In this document: positions 56,024 through 64,000 of the stretch, in pieces
Position numbering within the stretch: the stretch's first letter is position 1
Layout: each line of letters opens with the position of its first letter
NCBI GenBank assembly: GCA_041489255.1
Contig: JBGPQV010000003.1
Span: 32,001 to 96,000, forward strand
Source of the DNA: Thermoplasmata archaeon
GTDB lineage: Archaea > Thermoplasmatota > Thermoplasmata > RBG-16-68-12 > JAFNFQ01
Reading direction: 5' to 3'
DNA: 64,000 bases
The notes under the pieces: model-generated
What the model was told of the DNA's origin: nothing
Databases searched by the model: none
Seen by the model: the letters and a program-made list of their open reading frames with translations, nothing else
Program-made: the position numbers and the translations under genes

Positions 56024-56373
56024 CCGGTTGTGCAGATTGCTGGCGTAGACTTCTCAGATTCGACAGAGCCGTAGACGGCGGTTATTGCGAAACTGTAGGT
56101 TACTGAATTGTAGAGGCCTAGGACTGCGAACAGGGTTGCTGTTGCAAGTTGTGTGTTGACCTTGCTGTAATCGGACTCGCCCGATGCCTTCTTGTATACG
56201 TTGTAACCGGACAAACCTCCACCCGTCACAGCCTCCCAAGATACATCCGCCGAGTTGGCGGCGCAGACCGCTGTCACCGACTTGGGCGTGGAGTAGCCCA
56301 TTCCTTCATCCGCAACGGCGACACCTGCCACCGCCAGACACACGACCAGAGCCAGGATTCCTTTCAGGATCAT
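56020..56373 (-). CDS. Small secreted fibronectin type III protein
   Basis: Signal peptide; P..VTA....VSW......GYNVY...Y.F.ITAV...ES.KS FN3 pattern. Confidence 0.8.
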   Translation of the reverse strand: MILKGILALVVCLAVAGVAVADEGMGYSTPKSVTAVCAANSADVSWEAVTGGGLSGYNVYKKASGESDYSKVNTQLATATLFAVLGLYNSVTYSFAITAVYGSVESEKSTPAICTTG

Positions 56374-56477
56374 GGTACACCTGGCCAGGTCTTGGCGTCC
56401 AAGAGGATGAAAGCGCGGTGGATATATCCACTGAGGGATTAAAATGGAGGATGAGGGTTTTCTGCGTGGCGTTCACC

Positions 56478-56837
56478 ATGCGAGTAAGTCCAAGAGACAC
56501 GGTGCTTCACGACCGGATGCTCCTGCTGCAGATCCAGACGTACCAGAAAGAGGGGTCGAGGGTGGTGGCCGCGGACCTGGACGGCTGGCCGATGCCGCCC
56601 ATGGTGGGCAGGCACGTCCCCGACATCATGGTCGAGTTTCACGGGAAGGTGGTCTACAACGAGGTGGAGACCTGCGAGACGATCGAGTTGCCGGAGACGA
56701 GGGAGCAGCTCGAGGACTTCGCGGAGCGGGCGACGCTGCATGTCACGATTCCACAATCCTGCCTGGAGACAGCTAGGCGAATCACAGCCGAACGGGGCAT
56801 CGAGGTCGAGACGTTCTGGCCCTACGGCGGGACGTGA
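56478..56837 (+). CDS. Small PD-(D/E)xK restriction-endonuclease-like fold protein
   Basis: H at N-terminus, HVPDI...YNEVET motif; start uncertain. Confidence 0.55.
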   Translation: MRVSPRDTVLHDRMLLLQIQTYQKEGSRVVAADLDGWPMPPMVGRHVPDIMVEFHGKVVYNEVETCETIELPETREQLEDFAERATLHVTIPQSCLETARRITAERGIEVETFWPYGGT

Positions 56838-56859
56838 GACTACGCCGGTTGAGTCTGAA

Positions 56860-57453
56860 ATGCTCGAGATGAAGCGAAAGGTGTGCCTGGTCGGGGACGA
56901 GGGAGTCGGGAAGTCGTGTCTCATCCGCCGGTTCGCGTGCAACACATTTGACGAGGCCTACATCAGAACCGTTGGCACCATGGTTTCCAAGAGGGAGGTC
57001 GATCTCCCGGAGATGGGGTGCAGGATCACTCTGATGATCTGGGACATCATGGGCCGCAAGGACTTCATGGAGCTGTTCAAGGCTGCCTACTTCAACCACG
57101 TCAGGGGAATCGTTGCGGTGTTCGACCTGACCAGGCCCAAGACGCTCGACTCGCTGGATGATTGGATACGCAGCGTGCAGTCGTCCGTGGGCAAGATCCC
57201 GACCGTCGTCATGGCCAATAAAGTAGACTTCGAAATGGCAGACCGGTCGCTCGACGAAGACATCCAAGGATTCTGCGACTCGCATGCCCTCCGGTTTCTC
57301 AAGACCAGCGCCAAGACCGGCGAGAACGTGAAGGAGGCCATCAGTTACCTGGCGAGGGAGATGGTGACGGATGAGGAACAGGGAAGGACCTCGCCGCCTC
57401 TCGAGTCCCCATTGATCGCCTCACGCTCGCCTACGCGGGGGCGGACCGTCTGA
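56860..57453 (+). CDS. Rab-like small GTPase
   Basis: GDEGVGKS, YIRTVG, WDIMG, NKVD, TSAKTGENV. Confidence 0.92.
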   Translation: MLEMKRKVCLVGDEGVGKSCLIRRFACNTFDEAYIRTVGTMVSKREVDLPEMGCRITLMIWDIMGRKDFMELFKAAYFNHVRGIVAVFDLTRPKTLDSLDDWIRSVQSSVGKIPTVVMANKVDFEMADRSLDEDIQGFCDSHALRFLKTSAKTGENVKEAISYLAREMVTDEEQGRTSPPLESPLIASRSPTRGRTV

Positions 57454-57554
57454 TGTCGCGCCATGGCGATTTCCAAGAAGTTGTGCTCAGTGGAGTCAAT
57501 CCGCCGATGTCACTCATCCTCACCCATGCGTGACTCTGTTCGAAGGGACATCTG

Positions 57555-57643
57555 GAAAAATGAGACCGTCCACAATTAGAAAGGATGGTCTCGTTGTGGA
57601 AGGATGCTTGCGTGACGTGAACCTACTGAAGCAGATTGCGGTT
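57555..57643. repeat. Dispersed ~90-bp non-coding repeat with hairpin, copy 2
   Basis: gaaaaat-gagaccgtcc-acaattagaaa-ggatggtctc-gttgtggaaggatgcttg...gaacctactgaagcagattgcggtt. Confidence 0.8.
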
Positions 57644-57790
57644 GCGGACGCATCTGATGTCTGCCAGCACATCCCATCATGAAGGAGAGGGATAGCGGAC
57701 GAACCGACCATCGAGCCTATATGGAGACCCAAGCCATAACCTCGCCATGCAGAAAGGCTTTATTGCGTGGAGGAGCCTTCTTGCACCCGC

Positions 57791-58249
57791 ATGTCATTCG
57801 TCATCCAGACGCAGGTGCTCCTGCCCAACCGCCCTGGCGAGCTCGAGAAGCTTTCCCGCGCCATCGCCGAAGCCGGCGTGAACATGCACGCAATAATGAT
57901 GCGCGAGGACATAGGTGGATCAACGGTGCGGATCGTCCTCGACAAGCCCAAGGTCGCGAGAGACGCTCTGGTCAAGCACAGCTTCGCCGTGACTGAGTCG
58001 AAGCTCGTCGGAGTCCTAATCGCCGATCAGCCGGGCGAATTCTGGAAAGTATCGGCCGCGCTTGCCGCGCACGGCGCAAACATCCAATACTCCTACACCG
58101 CCGCCAAGCCCGTCCACGGGAAGGTCGCATTGCTGATCGCAATCGGAGGATTGCCGCCAGAGCGCGCGGTCGAAGTACTCGAAAAGGAAGGCTTCGAATG
58201 CGTCGATCACGCAACGCTAATCGCCGCGGCGTCGAGGCCCAGCTCCTGA
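57791..58249 (+). CDS. Tandem ACT-domain protein
   Basis: LPNRPGEL...AEAGVNM and IADQPGE...AAHGANIQYSY. Confidence 0.88.
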   Translation: MSFVIQTQVLLPNRPGELEKLSRAIAEAGVNMHAIMMREDIGGSTVRIVLDKPKVARDALVKHSFAVTESKLVGVLIADQPGEFWKVSAALAAHGANIQYSYTAAKPVHGKVALLIAIGGLPPERAVEVLEKEGFECVDHATLIAAASRPSS

Positions 58250-58344
58250 ATGCTGGATGTCACGTGACCGGGATGAGAAATGATACGAGAACCTGCAGCA
58301 AGTCTCCGCCATCCCATTGTCGACGCAAGTCTTTGGACGTGATC

Positions 58345-59070
58345 CTATCTTCGCTTGCTGTTCCTTCTCAATTCCTCCCTGAAGCTTTTGGACGCTCGCT
58401 CGGTCGCGACCGTGATCATGACCGGCGGCAGTCCCTTGACGTGCTTCCTCAGGAATGCCTCTGTCCTCCTCTGGTCCTTCTTCCAGCACTCCCTCAGCCA
58501 TGTCCCCACCGCCCTCTGGACCCAGAACTCGTCGTCGTGAAGGAGCTTCTCCAGCAGCCTGAATGGTTTGTCCAGCTCCCGCGCGCTCACGAACTCGCTG
58601 AGCGCGTAGGTGGATGCCCGCCGCCGCCAGAAGTGCTCGGCTCTCGTCCACTTGATCAAGTCTTTGAACTTCGCGGGATGCGAGTGCACGTACGCGCTGA
58701 CCGGACCCGACGCGAGGCCATCGCTGAGCGCCCAGCCGATCGCCTGATCCACCATCTTGTCCATCAGCTTCCAGGAGGACTCGTCCAGGACCGCCTCGTT
58801 CCTGCTGAGGACGCCGATCGCGAAAGCCTTCTCCTCCCATGTGCCGCCAGACCAGAGCACCTTCGCCAGCTCGTTCAGTTCAGCGGCTTTGAGTCTCGGC
58901 TCCCTGCCCCTGAATTCCTTGTGCAGTTCCCTGAATTGCGGGGTCGAGAGGCCGAGCACGGGATAAGGCGATCCGATGTAGGCCTGCATCTTGGAGTCCC
59001 CGCCGGGCTTTCCAAGTGCCTTGAGGCGCGAGACGATCCACGCCCTCTCCGCCCTGACGTCGACTGCCAT
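58345..59070 (-). CDS. DNA alkylation repair protein (AlkD-like HEAT repeat)
   Basis: LGLSTP, LW....WEEK, W...D, W.RRAS, DDEFWVQRAVGTWLRE. Confidence 0.85.
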   Translation of the reverse strand: MAVDVRAERAWIVSRLKALGKPGGDSKMQAYIGSPYPVLGLSTPQFRELHKEFRGREPRLKAAELNELAKVLWSGGTWEEKAFAIGVLSRNEAVLDESSWKLMDKMVDQAIGWALSDGLASGPVSAYVHSHPAKFKDLIKWTRAEHFWRRRASTYALSEFVSARELDKPFRLLEKLLHDDEFWVQRAVGTWLRECWKKDQRRTEAFLRKHVKGLPPVMITVATERASKSFREELRRNSKRR

Positions 59071-59095
59071 GCGGCGGGAGAATGAGTAAAGTTAT

Positions 59096-59884
59096 CTAAC
59101 CGTTGCGCCCGATCATGTCCAGGACGAAAGCCAGCGACTCCCCCGTGTCCACCCTGTAGTTGTTGTTCGTCGACTTGCATGGCGCGTCTCCCCAGACAGT
59201 GAGCGCCACTATCGTCTCAACTCCCGCCATGTCGCGATACAGCGTCGGTCCGCCTGAATCACCGTAGCACGTCCCGCCATAGCCCAGGTGCACGTTTCCA
59301 GACATGTACAGCCATGCGTTGTGCAATGACCTGAATCCCGATGTGGAGTACCATCTCGCATCAGGACCGGGCATGGATTTCCTGTTCGGCGGCATGCTCT
59401 GGTCCGCACCATATCCGACGTTGATGAAAGTGGCATCCTTGAGCAATCCTTTCGCGTACAGCTCGTCCAGGAGACCCTCTGATGGAAGGGTTCCTGGTGC
59501 CACATCCGCGACCCGTTCCTTGAGAACGAGTACTCCGATGTCATGCGGGTCTGACCACGACCCCCCATAATCGGGGTGCGTGTAGGCCTCGCTCACCTCG
59601 AGCCACACCGCGTCGGCCGCCCAAATGTCGCGAGAGAAAGTCACTCGCACATCCGCCAGCTGAATCCCCCCGGTCGAGAAGTCCGTCGTGCAATGACCTG
59701 CCGTCAGGAATACCTTCGGCGACACCAGCGACCCCGAGCAGTATTGGTACCACCCGCCACTCCATCGCACGATGATCGCCCCTCCGTATGTATGGCCATG
59801 ATCAGGGTAACCCCAGGTGATGGCCCCCGCGGGAGTCGAAAAGGCGACAACTGCCATCATGACCGCGATTCCAGCAAGACCCAT
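59096..59884 (-). CDS. Secreted trypsin-like (S1) serine protease
   Basis: Signal peptide then IT.G; CSGSLV...LTAGHC, HDIGVL, CYGDSGGP. Confidence 0.93.
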   Translation of the reverse strand: MGLAGIAVMMAVVAFSTPAGAITWGYPDHGHTYGGAIIVRWSGGWYQYCSGSLVSPKVFLTAGHCTTDFSTGGIQLADVRVTFSRDIWAADAVWLEVSEAYTHPDYGGSWSDPHDIGVLVLKERVADVAPGTLPSEGLLDELYAKGLLKDATFINVGYGADQSMPPNRKSMPGPDARWYSTSGFRSLHNAWLYMSGNVHLGYGGTCYGDSGGPTLYRDMAGVETIVALTVWGDAPCKSTNNNYRVDTGESLAFVLDMIGRNG

Positions 59885-60036
59885 AGTAACTGGGCCGGAC
59901 CTTCTTCCAGAATGCACTCGAAACCCCCTCTCCCGTGGATTGACGCTTGCGTAGATAAAGATTGACCAGGCCCTTTGCTGCGTCGAGATTCAAACGGAAA
60001 CTTACAAGAACTGTCAGAGCCTACGAGAAACGACAA

Positions 60037-60555
60037 ATGGCGCTGAAGAGTCCGGTCCATAGATGGGAGGCCAGGAACTGGGACACGAAGGGCTCGATTC
60101 CTCACAGCGCGGTGTACCTGGAGGCGACGCAGGGGAGACTGAGCGTCTACGTCCCGACGCCAAAGGGACGCGCGGTGCAGAACATGATGATAATCGGGGC
60201 TCCGCTCTGGTACGCCATCGGGTTGCCCCTGCTCATAGTGACCGTGCTCGACTACTCCGGGGCGCAGCGCCTGAGCGGTTTCATGCTCGATCTATTCCTC
60301 CTGTTCGTCTGGCCTGCCGGAGCAGTCCTCGTGGCAGTGTACGCCAGGAGACAGGGCATGGTGTACGCGATGCAGAAGCCTGAGGCCGTGTTGCCCGTGA
60401 CGAAGATCAGGGGCGTGACCCTCGGCCTGATCCAGCAAGACGTCCTCCTCGTGGTGAACGGCGAGAACATCGATGTCACGGTGACCGCACGCGCTTCCAG
60501 ACTCGTGACCGCACTCAAGCTGACGGAACATCCAATCGATCTGCGCACTCGATAG
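60037..60555 (+). CDS. Hypothetical membrane protein (2 TM)
   Basis: Two hydrophobic helices within a beta-rich frame; GC-ending codon bias. Confidence 0.65.
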   Translation: MALKSPVHRWEARNWDTKGSIPHSAVYLEATQGRLSVYVPTPKGRAVQNMMIIGAPLWYAIGLPLLIVTVLDYSGAQRLSGFMLDLFLLFVWPAGAVLVAVYARRQGMVYAMQKPEAVLPVTKIRGVTLGLIQQDVLLVVNGENIDVTVTARASRLVTALKLTEHPIDLRTR

Positions 60556-60565
60556 TCGCGGGCCT

Positions 60566-63500
60566 CTAGCGCTCCGGCTTTCTCTGACGTTCCATCGAGG
60601 AAAGGTCGTCCCTGTGACGTTCCTCATGCCTCTTCCTGCTTTGCCGCACCAGATACGCGTGCACCACGAGGGACGCGGCAGCCACGATGATGATGACCAG
60701 GATCATCAGCCAAAACAGATCGGCCGGCCGTTCAACGCTTATGATGAGCCGGGACGTGATCGTCTGCCCCGCCGTCTCGGCATTGCCTGCCTTGTCCGTT
60801 GCGATTGCTTCGACTATGTAGTCTCCCGACTCGCTTGCCGCGAAGGTCACATTCGGCCCGGCCCCGGACGCCACCGGCTGACCGTCTTTGGTGACTGTCC
60901 ACGAGACGCTGGGCGTGCTCTGATTGTCAGACGCGTAGACCGTGCACCTGACCGTGCTTCCCTCGTCGACAATTAGGTTGTCGCAGTCGATGGTCACTTG
61001 CGGCCTTTCGTCGTCATAGACAACCGTGATCGACGCCAGCAATGAAGGGTTTCCAGCCCTGTCATGAGACTGTGCCTCGATCTTGTTCTCCCCAGGGGCG
61101 AGCGAGACCGTCGCGCTCCAGCCCATTGTCCCCGTGGCGTCTATCCAATTGCCCGTTCCCACGCGGATCTTCACCGCGGTCAGGATGTTGTCGTCGGAGG
61201 CGGTACCGGCGACTGACAGCGTTGAGTCCCGGATCATGGCGCCGTCGGCGGGCACCGCGATCGCGATGGTCGGCGGGACCGTGTCCACCTGCACCGTGAC
61301 CGTTGCGTGAGCCGACTCAGACCCGGCGATATCAAACGCCCTTGCCCGCAGAACATGTGTACCGTCGAGGAGACCGCTGCAGGCATACGTCCAGGAACTC
61401 GTCCCCGATGCCCTGCCCCATGTCACCCCGCCATCGCAACTGACCTGCACCTGGTCCAGCCCGCTCATCCCGGGACCTGCGGGGTCGCCCGTCGTCCCGT
61501 TGAGCACGACCGATGAGCTGTTCATCCATTGATCGTCGAGGGGCGACGCGATGGCGATTGCGGGAGCATCCGGGTCGTACCGCAAAGTCACCTCCGGGCG
61601 TGTCGACTCCCAACCGACGGTATCGAAGGCCCGGGCCTGCAAGACATTCGTGCCAGCGGTGAGTGTACAATCATGAGTCCAGGAGACCGTGCCCGCCGCC
61701 TGATTCCACGTGAGGCCTCCGTTACAGCTGACTTCCACACGCGCGACGCCACCGCCAAAATCGGAAGCAGTGCCAATGACGGTCATCACGGGAGACGTGA
61801 CCCAGCCGCCGCCCGATGGAGCGGTGATCGTGATCGCCGGCGGGGTGATGTCGACATGGAGCAGAATCTCCGCGCGCGCTGACTCCCAGCCGACCATGTC
61901 GAACACCCTTGCGCGGACCGTGTTCAGGCCCTCCACGAGGCCCGTGCAGACGTGAGTCCACGAGATGGTTCCCGACGCCACGAACCACGTCGTCCCGCCG
62001 TCGCAGCTGACCTCGACGCGGTCGAAGCCGCTCCCCGTCTCCGATGCTGTGCCCTTGATCATGGCCGTCGTGGTGTTGAGCCATTCGCCGTCAGGCGGTG
62101 CTGTGATTGCGAGGATCGGACGAGTCGTGTCAACTTGGACGGTCACTGTCGAATGCGTCGACTCCAAGCCCGCCTTGTCAAATGCCCGCGCCTGGATGCG
62201 GTGGGACCCGTCGGCGAGGCCGACGCAGTCGGATGTCCATGTGTCCGTGCCCGCGGCGTTGCTCCATGAGGCTCCGTCATTGCAGCTGATCTCGACACGG
62301 TTGAGGCCGCTCAGCGCGTCGAAGGCTGTGCCGGTCACCGTTATCGTGGAGACGTTGAACCATTGGCCGTCAGCAGGATCCGAAATCGCCAGGGTCGGGC
62401 GGTCAGGGTCGTAGAAGACCGCGACTGATTGGACTGCAGAGGGGTTGCCCGACCTGTCCAACGCCCGTGCGTCAATCTGATTGGAGCCGAGCGCCAGGCT
62501 CGTGCTGGCCGTCCATGACGATTTCCCCGTCGCGATCATCCAGAGTCCGCCGTTCGTGCGCACCTCGACCCGATCCAACCCGCCAAGGTCGTATGCCGTG
62601 CCCGTGACCGCGACCGGGATGGCGGTGAAGTACTGACCGTCCATCGGGGACGCGATTGCGAGCGCTGGCGGCACGAGATCGGGGTACTGCTCCATCAGGG
62701 GGTACCTGTCTCTGCTCTCGAAGTTCACGGCGTAGGGCACATCCCCTATGCCGTCGCCTTCAGGCTGGTCCTGGTTCGGCCCGCTGTAGAGGTCGCTATT
62801 GTGATAGTCGCTCCAACAGTTGCCCCCGGAGGGGTAGCCGTCGTCCCAGGAGCCGGGAACGGGATTGTTGTCCGAGGCCTGGATGACATTCCCCAGGAAG
62901 TTGTTATGATGCACAACGACTCCGGGCGATGAGTCGAACGAGACCCCGTAGAGATTGTTGGACAGCGTGTTGCGCGCAATCGTCGGATAGGGAGAGGAGA
63001 TGAAAAGCAAGCCCTCTCGAGTGCTGTTGGACACGGTGCTCATGGTGATCGAGATGTTGGCCGAGGAGGAAGCGTAGATTCCCCGCCAATTATCCGAGAA
63101 CCTGCCCTGGGCAATCGTGGTGTTCGGTGAGGACCAGATGGAGATTGCATCAGTCGTGCTCGACGTGACCGTGTCGTTGAACATGCTGATTCCTGTCGAG
63201 GAATAGAGAAGGATTCCGATCAGGCTGTCGGATACCTTGCTGTTGCCGATGAAACCGTCATCGACGTACGCCATCTCGATACCCGCTTCGGTTCTTGCGA
63301 TGTTGAGGTTCGACACGCTCACGGACAGGCAACTCGCGAAGATGAGCTGGCCGACGGCGACCCTGTCGACCGTGACGTCCATGCAGCTGGTGTAGTAGTA
63401 GATGGGCAGGCCGTTCACGGTGTTGTCGGGCGTTATTATGTGAGAATCGAAATGGAGGGGGGAACTCCCCCAGAGGAAGACGCCATCGTCAAAGAAGACA

Positions 63501-64000
63501 TTGGACATGATCGAGATGTTGACCGAGGACGATAGATAAATCCCGTACGAGCCGTTCGAGATCTCGTTCGAGACTATCGCGCTGTCCCTGGAAGACTCCA
63601 GGTACATGCCCAGGGAATTGTTCGAGACCTTGCTGGAAATGACAGTGATGTTGCCGGAGGAGACGAGATGGATGCCCGCGAGGTTATCCGACACCGTGGC
63701 GTTCTCAACCCTGCCGTTGATCGCGGTGTTGAGGTAGACACCGTCATTGAGGTTCGTTCTTCCCGAGTGAATCGTGACATTCCTGATCACGAAGTGCGCG
63801 TCGGTGTTCCTGATCTCGATGCCCCGACCGGTTGCTGCGTCGATGTCCCACCCCTCAATGACGAAGGGCGTGTCATATGTCCCGACGCCTCCTGCGACTC
63901 CGTTCGCTACTGTGAAGTCCGCATTGCCGTCTATCAAAATCGGAGCGTGGGGCGTCAGCGCGGAGACATCGTTCGGCAGAGAGACGAGCACTGATAGAGA
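60566..64000 (-). CDS. NosD beta-helix plus Ig-like repeat surface protein with C-terminal TM (5' end beyond window)
   Basis: PHAPILIDGN, N..GI repeats, WDDGYPSGGN.WSD...DGIGDVPY...DRYPL; six GTA.D....V.VS..GG.W...G...W Ig-like repeats; TM plus basic tail. Confidence 0.9.
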   Translation of the reverse strand, partial: SLSVLVSLPNDVSALTPHAPILIDGNADFTVANGVAGGVGTYDTPFVIEGWDIDAATGRGIEIRNTDAHFVIRNVTIHSGRTNLNDGVYLNTAINGRVENATVSDNLAGIHLVSSGNITVISSKVSNNSLGMYLESSRDSAIVSNEISNGSYGIYLSSSVNISIMSNVFFDDGVFLWGSSPLHFDSHIITPDNTVNGLPIYYYTSCMDVTVDRVAVGQLIFASCLSVSVSNLNIARTEAGIEMAYVDDGFIGNSKVSDSLIGILLYSSTGISMFNDTVTSSTTDAISIWSSPNTTIAQGRFSDNWRGIYASSSANISITMSTVSNSTREGLLFISSPYPTIARNTLSNNLYGVSFDSSPGVVVHHNNFLGNVIQASDNNPVPGSWDDGYPSGGNCWSDYHNSDLYSGPNQDQPEGDGIGDVPYAVNFESRDRYPLMEQYPDLVPPALAIASPMDGQYFTAIPVAVTGTAYDLGGLDRVEVRTNGGLWMIATGKSSWTASTSLALGSNQIDARALDRSGNPSAVQSVAVFYDPDRPTLAISDPADGQWFNVSTITVTGTAFDALSGLNRVEISCNDGASWSNAAGTDTWTSDCVGLADGSHRIQARAFDKAGLESTHSTVTVQVDTTRPILAITAPPDGEWLNTTTAMIKGTASETGSGFDRVEVSCDGGTTWFVASGTISWTHVCTGLVEGLNTVRARVFDMVGWESARAEILLHVDITPPAITITAPSGGGWVTSPVMTVIGTASDFGGGVARVEVSCNGGLTWNQAAGTVSWTHDCTLTAGTNVLQARAFDTVGWESTRPEVTLRYDPDAPAIAIASPLDDQWMNSSSVVLNGTTGDPAGPGMSGLDQVQVSCDGGVTWGRASGTSSWTYACSGLLDGTHVLRARAFDIAGSESAHATVTVQVDTVPPTIAIAVPADGAMIRDSTLSVAGTASDDNILTAVKIRVGTGNWIDATGTMGWSATVSLAPGENKIEAQSHDRAGNPSLLASITVVYDDERPQVTIDCDNLIVDEGSTVRCTVYASDNQSTPSVSWTVTKDGQPVASGAGPNVTFAASESGDYIVEAIATDKAGNAETAGQTITSRLIISVERPADLFWLMILVIIIVAAASLVVHAYLVRQSRKRHEERHRDDLSSMERQRKPER

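Overview
GC-rich archaeal chromosomal segment, most likely Thermoplasmata-like. This is an inference from BRE/TATA promoters, leaderless genes, a tRNA with no encoded CCA, Rab-like GTPases and many PKD/CARDB/NosD/SBBP surface proteins. Left to right it holds a full SUF Fe-S operon (DUF59, Rd-containing ferritin-like protein, HdrD-like protein, sufC-B-D-S-U), a Rab-like GTPase, an Lrp-type protein and a 21-bp tandem array. Next come a decayed islet at tRNA-Ser(GCT), surface proteins with a second 21-bp array, and a 2867-aa secreted protein with a probable toxin tip followed by three paralogous immunity-like genes and orphan tip fragments. An IS5-family (IS903-like) element sits just upstream of that toxin gene. 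The highlight is a compact four-gene operon at 37299-39722 (minus strand) encoding homologues of the eukaryotic UFM1 modifier, its E2 UFC1 and its E1 UBA5, plus a JAMM/MPN+ protease whose C-terminus may resemble ODR-4: a candidate archaeal UFMylation system. The right part has more surface proteins, an S9 peptidase, a wHTH-STAND-TPR protein between two related PD-(D/E)xK-like genes, a second GTPase, ACT, AlkD-like and trypsin genes. All homology calls are by eye against remembered family motifs; no database search was run.
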